Source: Candidatus Collierbacteria bacterium RIFOXYD2_FULL_45_13 (lineage in GTDB: Bacteria; Patescibacteriota; Microgenomatia; UBA1400; MFAQ01). Taken from it: a stretch of DNA of 64,000 bases. The DNA lies in assembly GCA_001774685.1 (NCBI GenBank), contig MFAS01000001.1, forward strand, positions 543,557 through 607,556, given 5' to 3'. The notes beneath the pieces were generated by a model. It ran no database searches. It worked only from the letters and a program-made list of their open reading frames with translations, and was not told the DNA's origin. Made by a program: the position numbers and the translations under genes. Of the stretch, positions 57,373 to 64,000 are shown in pieces. Numbering within the stretch: the first letter of the stretch is position 1; each line of letters opens with the position of its first letter.

Positions 57373-58224
57373 ATGAAAATAAAACACATTCTTCCAGTCT
57401 TTATATTTGCCTTACTTCTCGCCGGTTGTGGGCCTCAAAAAACCGGGACCGCACCGACAAGCAATAAGAACCAACCGCTGGTTACCAAGCTCTTGGTGAA
57501 CGAACTGCCTCTCAAAGACCGACCTTTCACGGTGCTGGTGCCTCATACTACCAATCGTCTATTCACCTTTGTCACTATCGGTGCAGACAAGGCACAATCT
57601 GCCTCCGTGGACGTGGAGTACCAGTCCGGAGACCTCCTGAAAGGGGCTAGGGCTTCGATTGACACCCCCATTGCTAGTACCTTTGTCAAAGCCATTATCT
57701 TGGGTAGCTGTTCGACTGGGGGTAAATGCACTTTTGATACCGACCTAAAGTCCGGTACAGAGAAACTTAAACTAACGTTCCCCGGTCAAGATGTGACCCA
57801 CGTTCTTAAAGGCGACTTCGTTTTTTTGATGGGTCAGAAAAATCTGCCGGACGGCAAGGTTGTTTTTGAACCCTCAAAGCTCACCGCCAAAGAAAATTTG
57901 ATCATGCTCAACTCATTTGGGTTACCTAAGCCCATAGATCAAGGTTCTCTTGAGGTCTTACTCTACCCAATCGTAATTTCTTCCACGAACGATAAGGTTA
58001 TTTCCGGTAGCTTCACCATTAATCAAGCCGGCGTTAGCTCCGCCGCCATTTATGATGGCTCGGGCTATAGACCACTGAAGATTGCTCAGAAAGAAAACGT
58101 CGTTACCATCGCACTCAACCAAAAACCTTGGTCCATGAAAGCCGAGATCACTCGCGATGATGAAAAAGGCTCCAAAGAATCGCTGACTCTATATCTTCTC
58201 GGCCCAATTGTTCTATACAAATAA
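57373..58224 (+). CDS. hypothetical lipoprotein
   Basis: Signal peptide with lipobox LLAGC (…FALLLAGCGPQK). Confidence 0.5.
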   Translation: MKIKHILPVFIFALLLAGCGPQKTGTAPTSNKNQPLVTKLLVNELPLKDRPFTVLVPHTTNRLFTFVTIGADKAQSASVDVEYQSGDLLKGARASIDTPIASTFVKAIILGSCSTGGKCTFDTDLKSGTEKLKLTFPGQDVTHVLKGDFVFLMGQKNLPDGKVVFEPSKLTAKENLIMLNSFGLPKPIDQGSLEVLLYPIVISSTNDKVISGSFTINQAGVSSAAIYDGSGYRPLKIAQKENVVTIALNQKPWSMKAEITRDDEKGSKESLTLYLLGPIVLYK

Positions 58225-58767
58225 TTCATCCCGTTCCCAATTAATCGGATTATTGAGGATATATTCTTGAATTCGGTTTAAATCGCCCTCGTCGCGGACG
58301 ATGTGTTCATAATAATTTCGTTGCCAAATACATAAATCAGTATTGTTTGAAATACGTCGGATTTCCTTGGTGCATTCGGATTTAAATAATCCAACAATAT
58401 TTCCCACCGTAGGGGCGGGTCGTGCCCCGCCCGAAACATCAGGACGTGACCCGCCCGATAAATTAATCACAAAATGTATATGATTGGGCATTATTTGGTA
58501 TGCGTTCAATTCCATATGATGGTGATTGGGTAAGGAATTCAATACGTTATCAACAATTAACCCAATTCTATTCAATTTCATATGTGCGGGCGACCCACGG
58601 GTCGCCCCTACGGGGTCATTCACAATTTCCCCAAACAGACATTCTCTATCCTGGGTACAAATGGTCACAAAATAGGTTCCATTCAAAGAATAATCATAAC
58701 CTTTCAGTCTAACTGACCTTCTGTTTGGCAAATCATTATTCATAAAAATAATGTTATCACTCGTCAA
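58213..58767 (-). CDS. IS200/IS605-family Y1 (HUH) transposase, REP-associated tyrosine transposase (RAYT)-like
   Basis: …YFVTICTQDR…, HUH motif MPNHIHFVI, and catalytic-Tyr region IWQRNYYEHIVRDE…YILNNPINW; collinear with E. coli RayT. TTG start at 58767 (alternative ATG ~58743). The gene contains GC-rich repeat insertions. Confidence 0.65.
   Translation of the reverse strand: MTSDNIIFMNNDLPNRRSVRLKGYDYSLNGTYFVTICTQDRECLFGEIVNDPVGATRGSPAHMKLNRIGLIVDNVLNSLPNHHHMELNAYQIMPNHIHFVINLSGGSRPDVSGGARPAPTVGNIVGLFKSECTKEIRRISNNTDLCIWQRNYYEHIVRDEGDLNRIQEYILNNPINWERDELFV
58403..58460. repeat. GC-rich palindromic/tandem repeat inside the transposase gene
   Basis: CCGTAGGGGCGGGTCGTGCCCCGCCCGAAA followed ~24 nt later by the related GGACGTGACCCGCCCGATA. 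Encodes a tandem SGG(S/A)RP peptide. Local GC is far above the surrounding sequence. Confidence 0.5.
58585..58613. repeat. inverted copy of the GC-rich element (GGGCGACCCACGGGTCGCCCCTACGG)
   Basis: Shares the 11-mer CGCCCCTACGG with the reverse complement of 58407-58417. Itself a near-perfect palindrome (GGGCGACCC/GGGTCGCCC). Confidence 0.45.
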
Positions 58768-58820
58768 TCCTGAGCCGGCCGAAAGGTTTTCACACCCACT
58801 TTACACAAACAAAACTAGCC

Positions 58821-58858
58821 TTGCATTAGGTCTTGACATGTCATATATTGTGTATCAT
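58821..58858 (+). promoter_or_regulatory. putative dcw-cluster promoter(s)
   Basis: TTGCAT (~58821-26), 17-bp spacer, TATATT (~58844-49). Alternative TTGACA (~58833-38) with TATCAT/CATACT. Confidence 0.4.
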
Positions 58859-58864
58859 ACTGAA

Positions 58865-58883
58865 AAGTGGTGACAAGTGGTGA
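58865..58883 (+). promoter_or_regulatory. putative MraZ operator (direct repeats AAGTGGTGA x2 at 10-bp period)
   Basis: AAGTGGTGAcAAGTGGTGAa lies between the promoter and the mraZ ATG. An inverted CACCAC lies ~20 nt further downstream. Confidence 0.4.
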
Positions 58884-58920
58884 AGTAACCTATAAACACC
58901 ACTGAGCCTGCCTATGAATT

Positions 58921-59349
58921 ATGTTTACTGGACTCTACTACCATCGGCTGGAAGCCAAAGGGCGCCTAGCTATTCCTCAAGCCTTCAGGGAAGGACTAGC
59001 ATCCGATGGAGTCATCACCTCGGGGCTGGATGGCTGTCTATTTCTTTTCCCCAGCTCATATTGGCAGAAGTTCTCCGAAAAGCTGGCCTCGCTACCGCTG
59101 ACCAACCAGGCAGCCCGAAATTTGACACGACTCTTGGTGCAGTCAGCCGTCGCTCTCGACTTGGACGGACAAGGAAGAACTCTCATACCGGAATATCTAA
59201 GGAATCAAGCCAACCTAAAAAAGCAAGTGGTCGTCGCCGGATCCCTGACCAGAATTGAGATCTGGGATCAAGAAACGTACCACCGGCACCTTGACTTAAT
59301 AGCGCAAACAATTAACGAAGGGGATGCCCTTAGTTCACTCGACATATGA
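58921..59349 (+). CDS. mraZ: transcriptional regulator MraZ
   Basis: MFTGLYYHRLEAKGRLAIP… with two SpoVT/AbrB-like halves (…DGQGRTLIP…); first gene of the dcw cluster. Confidence 0.8.
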   Translation: MFTGLYYHRLEAKGRLAIPQAFREGLASDGVITSGLDGCLFLFPSSYWQKFSEKLASLPLTNQAARNLTRLLVQSAVALDLDGQGRTLIPEYLRNQANLKKQVVVAGSLTRIEIWDQETYHRHLDLIAQTINEGDALSSLDI

Positions 59350-60281
59350 CGAAACATATCGATAGACACATCTCTGCCTTCAAAGACGAGTTAAAGAAAC
59401 TTTATGGTTTTAAGCCCGGTTATCTTTTTTTAGATCTTACCCTTGGGGATGGTGGGCATACCGAGGAAGCTCTCAGGAGCGGCTGCCGAGTCGTCTCATT
59501 TGATATTGATGAAGAGTCAATCAAGCGAGCCATCGGCTATATCAAAGATTTTCAACCCATTATTTTCGACGACAGGGATGAATACATTCGAGTGCCCAAA
59601 GATTTTAATTGGCTAATCATTAAAAGTAACTTCACCAAAGTCACCGAAATCAGTAAGAGACTTTCTTTACCGGACTTCGATGGTGTGATTGTGGACCTTG
59701 GTCCTTCTCAGTTTCAAGTTCTTTCCGAGGGTCGTGGCTTTAGCTTTTCAGGAAACGAACCGCTTGATATGAGACTGGACCAAACTCTTGGAGTGACTGC
59801 CGCCGATCTATTGGCCGTTCTCAACGAAGGCGAACTGTTCGAACTCTTCTCTATGGCCGACGAGTCTTACGCCAAGCCGATTGCCCGTATCATTGCCAAG
59901 CAAAGGTTGATTACGCCCATCACCACCACCAAACAGCTTAGCGATCTCATAACTCGGATCAAAAAATTCCGAACCGAAGGACGAATCCACCCCGCCACCA
60001 AAGTCTTTATGGCTCTCCGTATGGCCGTCAACCTTGAAAGAGAGAACATCAGACTACTACTACCTCAGCTACCCAATCTACTCAAAAAAACCGGGATCTT
60101 AGGAGTTATCAGTTTTCATTCCGGAGAAGAAAAGTTGGTTAAGGATTTTATCGAACTATGCGAAGCCAACAGTATTCTCAGCGCTATTAATAAAAAACCG
60201 ATCGAACCGTCCGACAAAGAATTATCAATCAGTCAACGAACCAGAAGTGCCAAATTACGTCTCGCCGAAAAAATTAATTAG
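59346..60281 (+). CDS. rsmH: 16S rRNA (cytosine1402-N4)-methyltransferase
   Basis: …FLDLTLGDGGHTEE… SAM-binding motif; length and position (after mraZ) match RsmH/MraW. Confidence 0.8.
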   Translation: MTKHIDRHISAFKDELKKLYGFKPGYLFLDLTLGDGGHTEEALRSGCRVVSFDIDEESIKRAIGYIKDFQPIIFDDRDEYIRVPKDFNWLIIKSNFTKVTEISKRLSLPDFDGVIVDLGPSQFQVLSEGRGFSFSGNEPLDMRLDQTLGVTAADLLAVLNEGELFELFSMADESYAKPIARIIAKQRLITPITTTKQLSDLITRIKKFRTEGRIHPATKVFMALRMAVNLERENIRLLLPQLPNLLKKTGILGVISFHSGEEKLVKDFIELCEANSILSAINKKPIEPSDKELSISQRTRSAKLRLAEKIN

Positions 60282-60555
60282 TTACCGTACCGTCTTCGCC
60301 ATTACCGGCGTGATCTTATTTGGCTTGGCTGCCATTAATCTTATTGGCACCAATGTCTTGTCAACTCAGGGTTTCGCTGTTAGTGAATCCGAAACCAAAA
60401 CCTTACAGCTGGAAAAAGAGAATCAAAAGCTATCTGTTAAGATAGAGGAAGCCACCACTCTCGCTAGTCTTGCAAAGCTGGCTGAGAATCGTGGATTTAT
60501 TAGGTCAAAAAGTATAGTTTTTGTTCCTTCTACCTCTACTTTTGCCTCCAGATAA
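60247..60555 (+). CDS. ftsL: cell-division protein FtsL-like (single TM + coiled coil)
   Basis: 102 aa with TM (VFAITGVILFGLAAINLI) followed by a heptad-like region. Sits between rsmH and ftsI. Confidence 0.5.
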   Translation: MPNYVSPKKLISYRTVFAITGVILFGLAAINLIGTNVLSTQGFAVSESETKTLQLEKENQKLSVKIEEATTLASLAKLAENRGFIRSKSIVFVPSTSTFASR

Positions 60556-60558
60556 TTC

Positions 60559-62232
60559 ATGTTAAACAAATTGGGGATAACGCATAACCGACTCAGGGTT
60601 ATTACCTTTCTGATTCCCATTGTTTTTTTTATTCTTATTCTCCGTTTGTTTTACTGGATGATCCTTCGTGGACCGGAGCTTCGAGCTAAGTCCGAACGTC
60701 AGCACCAAATGGTTACGATCCTTAAAGCGAAGAGGGGGAATATATTTGACTCTGATGGCGGCATATTGGCTGGTACCAAAAACCTATATCATCTATTTAT
60801 CTACAAGCCTCAACTGGTGGTCTCCGCTAGTGATTTAGTCGAGCAGTTGCTCTCCTCCCTCACTCCGGATAAAGAAGCCAGTACCGAGAGTGACCTGCGA
60901 AACTACTTAAATGGCCGATTATCTCTTAAATCAAACTGGGTTTCTCTCAAGCACTATCTGAGTGCTGAAGAAAAAGAAAAAATCGAAAGCCAGAAAATCG
61001 CCGGACTGGGGTTCGAAGACGAATACGTTCGTTTTTATCCGGAGGCCAGTATGGCCGCTCAAATACTGGGTTTTGTGGGTCAGGACGCAGCCGGCCAAGA
61101 GCAAGGATATTTTGGCATCGAAGGGTATTTTGACAGAGTTCTCAAAGGTCGAGAAGGCAAGGTCCGCACCGAAAAAGATGGAGAGGGGAACCCTATTCTG
61201 ATTGGTAACTATCAATTTCTTCACGCAGTCGAAGGCAAATCCATCCACACAACCGTCGACAAGAAAATCCAATTCATTGCCGAAGGTATGTTAAAAGAGG
61301 GTCTAGTCCGCTACGGTGCCTTGGCAGGCAATGTAATCGTTATGGAGGTCAGTACAGGTAAGGTTCGTGCCATGGCTGCATTTCCAAATTACGACCCGGG
61401 AAAGTTTTCCGAGTTTGATAAAAGCGCTTATAAGAGTCCAATGACCGCCGATCTCTTTGAGCCCGGATCAATCTTTAAGCCTCTTGTTATGGCCGCAGCT
61501 CTAAACGAAAAACTAATTACTCCGGAAACTCAATGCGACATCTGTTCGGGTCCAATCAACATCGGTAAGTACTCAATCAAAACTTGGGATGGAAAATACT
61601 ACCCATCGACAAGTATGACTAGCGTTATTGTTCACTCCGATAATACCGGGATGGTTTTTGCGGCCCGCAAATTGGGACCGAACAAACTTTCCAATTATCT
61701 CAAGAAATTCGGATTGGGAACCAAAACCGGCATTGAAATTCAAGAAGAGGTTGCTGGAACCGTTCGTGATGGAAAAGAATATGGAGATATTGACTTGGCG
61801 ACCAATTCCTTCGGCCAAGGTATTGCTATTACTCCGATACAAATGATCACGGCACTGAATACGATCGCGAACAACGGCAAATATATCAGTCCGACCCTAA
61901 TTGAAGGTGGTACTCCGGCCACCTGGGATGTTCTCAGCCCGGAAGCCGTTTCTCAAATTACTCAAATGATGATAACCGGGGTCGACTCCGGAGAGGCCAA
62001 ATGGGCTAAGCCTGTGGGTATGTCCGTGGCCGGGAAAACAGGCACGGCACAAATTCCCATTGAGGGTCATTATGATCCCCAAAGAACCATCGCCAGTTTC
62101 ATAGGGTTTTTCCCAGCCCAAAATCCCCGCTACACCATGCTAGTTTCACTCAGGGAGCCTCAAACCTCACAGTGGGGTTCTGAAACAGCGGCACCCCTCT
62201 GGTTTGGTATTGCCAAACAACTTTTGCTATAA
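60559..62232 (+). CDS. ftsI: peptidoglycan D,D-transpeptidase (class B PBP, FtsI-like)
   Basis: N-terminal TM and dimerisation domain. SxxK (GSIFKP), SxN (HSDNTG) and KTGT (AGKTGTAQ) motifs are all present. Confidence 0.8.
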   Translation: MLNKLGITHNRLRVITFLIPIVFFILILRLFYWMILRGPELRAKSERQHQMVTILKAKRGNIFDSDGGILAGTKNLYHLFIYKPQLVVSASDLVEQLLSSLTPDKEASTESDLRNYLNGRLSLKSNWVSLKHYLSAEEKEKIESQKIAGLGFEDEYVRFYPEASMAAQILGFVGQDAAGQEQGYFGIEGYFDRVLKGREGKVRTEKDGEGNPILIGNYQFLHAVEGKSIHTTVDKKIQFIAEGMLKEGLVRYGALAGNVIVMEVSTGKVRAMAAFPNYDPGKFSEFDKSAYKSPMTADLFEPGSIFKPLVMAAALNEKLITPETQCDICSGPINIGKYSIKTWDGKYYPSTSMTSVIVHSDNTGMVFAARKLGPNKLSNYLKKFGLGTKTGIEIQEEVAGTVRDGKEYGDIDLATNSFGQGIAITPIQMITALNTIANNGKYISPTLIEGGTPATWDVLSPEAVSQITQMMITGVDSGEAKWAKPVGMSVAGKTGTAQIPIEGHYDPQRTIASFIGFFPAQNPRYTMLVSLREPQTSQWGSETAAPLWFGIAKQLLL

Positions 62233-62259
62233 AACGTCAAAAAGATTAAAATAGACTAA

Positions 62260-62628
62260 ATGTTCAGTAGACTTAGAGCCCACAGGGTATCTTTCAGGCA
62301 CGCCATTGATGGTTTTGTTCATAACATCAAAACTCAGCCAAACTTTCGTTTCCACCTCTTGGCTACTGTCTGTGCCGTTTTGCTCGGAATATATTTTTCG
62401 ATTTCTTATTTTGAATGGTTAACCCTGGTTTTCACGGTCAATATGGTTTTGGTGGCGGAAATGGTGAACACCTCTATTGAGTCCATGGTCGATCTCATTT
62501 CTCTTGAGAGAAGAGAGGATGCCAGAATAGCCAAAGATGTCTCCGCAGGAATGGTCTTAGTCTCTGCCGTCATGGCCACAATTGTTGGATCGCTGATTTT
62601 TATACCAAAACTAATGAGCGCCCTATAA
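62260..62628 (+). CDS. dgkA: diacylglycerol kinase family protein (DgkA/undecaprenol kinase-like)
   Basis: 122 aa with three TM helices; …EMVNTSIESMVDLIS… matches DgkA motifs. Confidence 0.65.
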   Translation: MFSRLRAHRVSFRHAIDGFVHNIKTQPNFRFHLLATVCAVLLGIYFSISYFEWLTLVFTVNMVLVAEMVNTSIESMVDLISLERREDARIAKDVSAGMVLVSAVMATIVGSLIFIPKLMSAL

Positions 62629-62630
62629 AC

Positions 62631-63656
62631 ATGGATATCTTACTTGGAGTTCTCCTTGCTTCGTTTATCATCCATGCCTTTTTGATTGTACCTTTTGTAA
62701 ATTTCCTTTATAACTTAAAATTTTTCAAAAACCGGACGGCCGTGGCCAAAGAAAAGATCGACGAAGCCTCGGTTCATATTCGTTCAAAGGCCAGGACGCC
62801 TGAAGGGGGAGGACTCCTCATCCTGGTGGTTACCAGCTTCATTTTTGCCTTGACCCTGCCTTTATTAAGTAGACTCGGATACGAAATTACTCATGTCTAT
62901 CCCATAAATGACGAAATCAACATCATCTTTTTTACCTTTGTTTCCTTCGGTCTTCTTGGTCTTTATGACGATATCGTCAAGTTCTTTGAACTTGATAGAC
63001 AAGAGGGTTATACCGGACTAAAAACCGGCTACAAGTTTATGATTCAAGGAGTGCTCGGTCTCATTATCGGCGCCATGATGTTTATCAACTTAGGCATCGA
63101 CATCATTCACATACCTTTTTTTGGGGTGATTCATTTTGGTCTATGGTTTATTCCTACTTCCGCTTTCTTGATTGTGGCCTTTGCCAATGCCGTCAACATT
63201 ACCGATGGTATGGATGGTCTCGCCTCCGGCCTCCTTATGATTAGTCTTTTTGGATTTCTGATTCTTTCCACTTCCATTCTGGACACTCCACTTTCAATCT
63301 TTATTGCCCTTTGGTTGGGAGGACTAATCGCTTTCCTGTACTTTAACGTATTTCCGGCACGTCTGTTTTTGGGGGACGTGGGTGCTCTGGCATTTGGCGC
63401 GACTTTTGCCATGGTCGGACTCCTCACCGGTAAAGTAGTAGCCCTTATGATAGTCGGATTACCGTTCTTAGTTGATGGTTTTAGCAGCTTGTTGCAGATC
63501 CTCTGGGTCAAAACTTTTCATCGCCGCATATTTCCCATCGCGCCACTGCATTATTTGCTTCTTAAAATTGGCTGGTCGGAGCCGAAAATTGTCCAAAGAG
63601 CTTGGCTGGTCGGCATCATGCTCGTTGTATTTGGGATCTGGTTATCCATTATTTAG
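62631..63656 (+). CDS. mraY: phospho-N-acetylmuramoyl-pentapeptide transferase
   Basis: 10-TM protein with NAVNITDGMDGLASG and the other MraY signature loops. Confidence 0.85.
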   Translation: MDILLGVLLASFIIHAFLIVPFVNFLYNLKFFKNRTAVAKEKIDEASVHIRSKARTPEGGGLLILVVTSFIFALTLPLLSRLGYEITHVYPINDEINIIFFTFVSFGLLGLYDDIVKFFELDRQEGYTGLKTGYKFMIQGVLGLIIGAMMFINLGIDIIHIPFFGVIHFGLWFIPTSAFLIVAFANAVNITDGMDGLASGLLMISLFGFLILSTSILDTPLSIFIALWLGGLIAFLYFNVFPARLFLGDVGALAFGATFAMVGLLTGKVVALMIVGLPFLVDGFSSLLQILWVKTFHRRIFPIAPLHYLLLKIGWSEPKIVQRAWLVGIMLVVFGIWLSII

Positions 63657-63657
63657 C

Positions 63658-64000
63658 CATGAGACGCGATTCAAAAAACAGGCTACCTCTGGCTATCCTT
63701 TTTACAGGCATTGTTGTTGCCTGTTTTGGCTTATTGGCGATATATGATGCTTCCGTAATAGATGCTTACCGGACTTTTGGCGACAAATTTCACTACGTTA
63801 AACAGCAGGCGCTTTGGTTGGTTGTTGGGGTCATCGCTGCATTGGTTACCTCAAACATACCGATACCTTGGATCAAAAGGAACGCCCATCTCCTTTACGG
63901 AGCCACTCTTATATTAATGTTTCTGGTCCTTATCCCAGGTATCGGCTCAAAATTTTTGGGCGCCAGAAGATGGCTTGTGTTCGGACCGGCAATTCTACAA
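63658..64000 (+). CDS. ftsW: SEDS-family peptidoglycan glycosyltransferase (FtsW/RodA); 3' end beyond the window
   Basis: ATG right after the mraY stop. TM-rich N-terminus …LAIYDASVIDAY…LWLVVGVIAAL…LIPGIG… is typical of FtsW; stop-free to the window end. Confidence 0.65.

Noticed and set aside
58914-59258. 114-aa ORF overlapping the mraZ start in another frame.
   Set aside because: The mraZ frame (MFTGLYYHRLEAKGRL…) has the conserved MraZ N-terminus; the overlapping frame is low-complexity and spurious.
1-64000. Screen for tRNA, rRNA and CRISPR.
   Set aside because: Intergenic gaps at 20097-20183, 29405-29731, 58768-58920 and the others were inspected by eye. None shows cloverleaf-compatible structure, rRNA-like conserved blocks or regularly spaced repeats.

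Overview
The window is a moderately AT-rich, gene-dense bacterial segment with short intergenic gaps and many 4-nt ATGA-type gene overlaps. The coding repertoire suggests a reduced-genome Patescibacteria/CPR-like organism; this is inference from gene content only. About 55 kb (positions ~1.3-55 kb) is one large cell-envelope glycosylation island. It holds at least eight ArnT/PMT-like GT-C membrane glycosyltransferases, about nine GT2 and seven GT4 glycosyltransferases, two Wzx flippases, a Wzy/O-antigen-ligase-like protein and a PglC-like initiating transferase. It also carries a GtrB/ArnC-like polyprenyl-phosphate sugar synthase next to a YfhO-like GT-C protein, and nucleotide-sugar enzymes: gmd-rmd (GDP-D-rhamnose route), manC, galE, an NAD epimerase, an SDR and a split transketolase. 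Four SAM methyltransferases are present (the fifth methyltransferase in the window, rsmH, is a dcw gene) plus a ferredoxin/B12-radical-SAM pair. Beyond the island lie a DUF4012-like protein, a short RecO, a lipoprotein and an IS200-like Y1 (RAYT-type) transposase gene. The window ends with a compact dcw cluster: mraZ-rsmH-ftsL-ftsI-dgkA-mraY-ftsW, with ftsW 5' partial.

Features worth a second look:
- GC-rich palindromic repeat copies sit in-frame inside the transposase gene.
- A second short repeat family occurs twice, in two different reading frames, inside the 3' end of a GT2 gene.
- Two ORFs have no recognisable family: a 737-aa soluble protein and a 261-aa kinase-like protein.
- The B12-radical-SAM protein has a Cx4Cx2C cysteine triad instead of the canonical Cx3Cx2C.
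- The longest non-coding gap (327 bp) holds a consensus Shine-Dalgarno site, a 9-codon mini-ORF and a perfect hairpin upstream of gmd.
- Direct AAGTGGTGA repeats that look like MraZ boxes lie upstream of mraZ.
- Several operon-leading genes have a -10 box only 6-11 nt from the ATG, suggesting leaderless transcripts.

No rRNA, tRNA or CRISPR array was found. Coordinates follow the supplied ORF track; starts I adjusted by hand carry about ±1-3 nt uncertainty.
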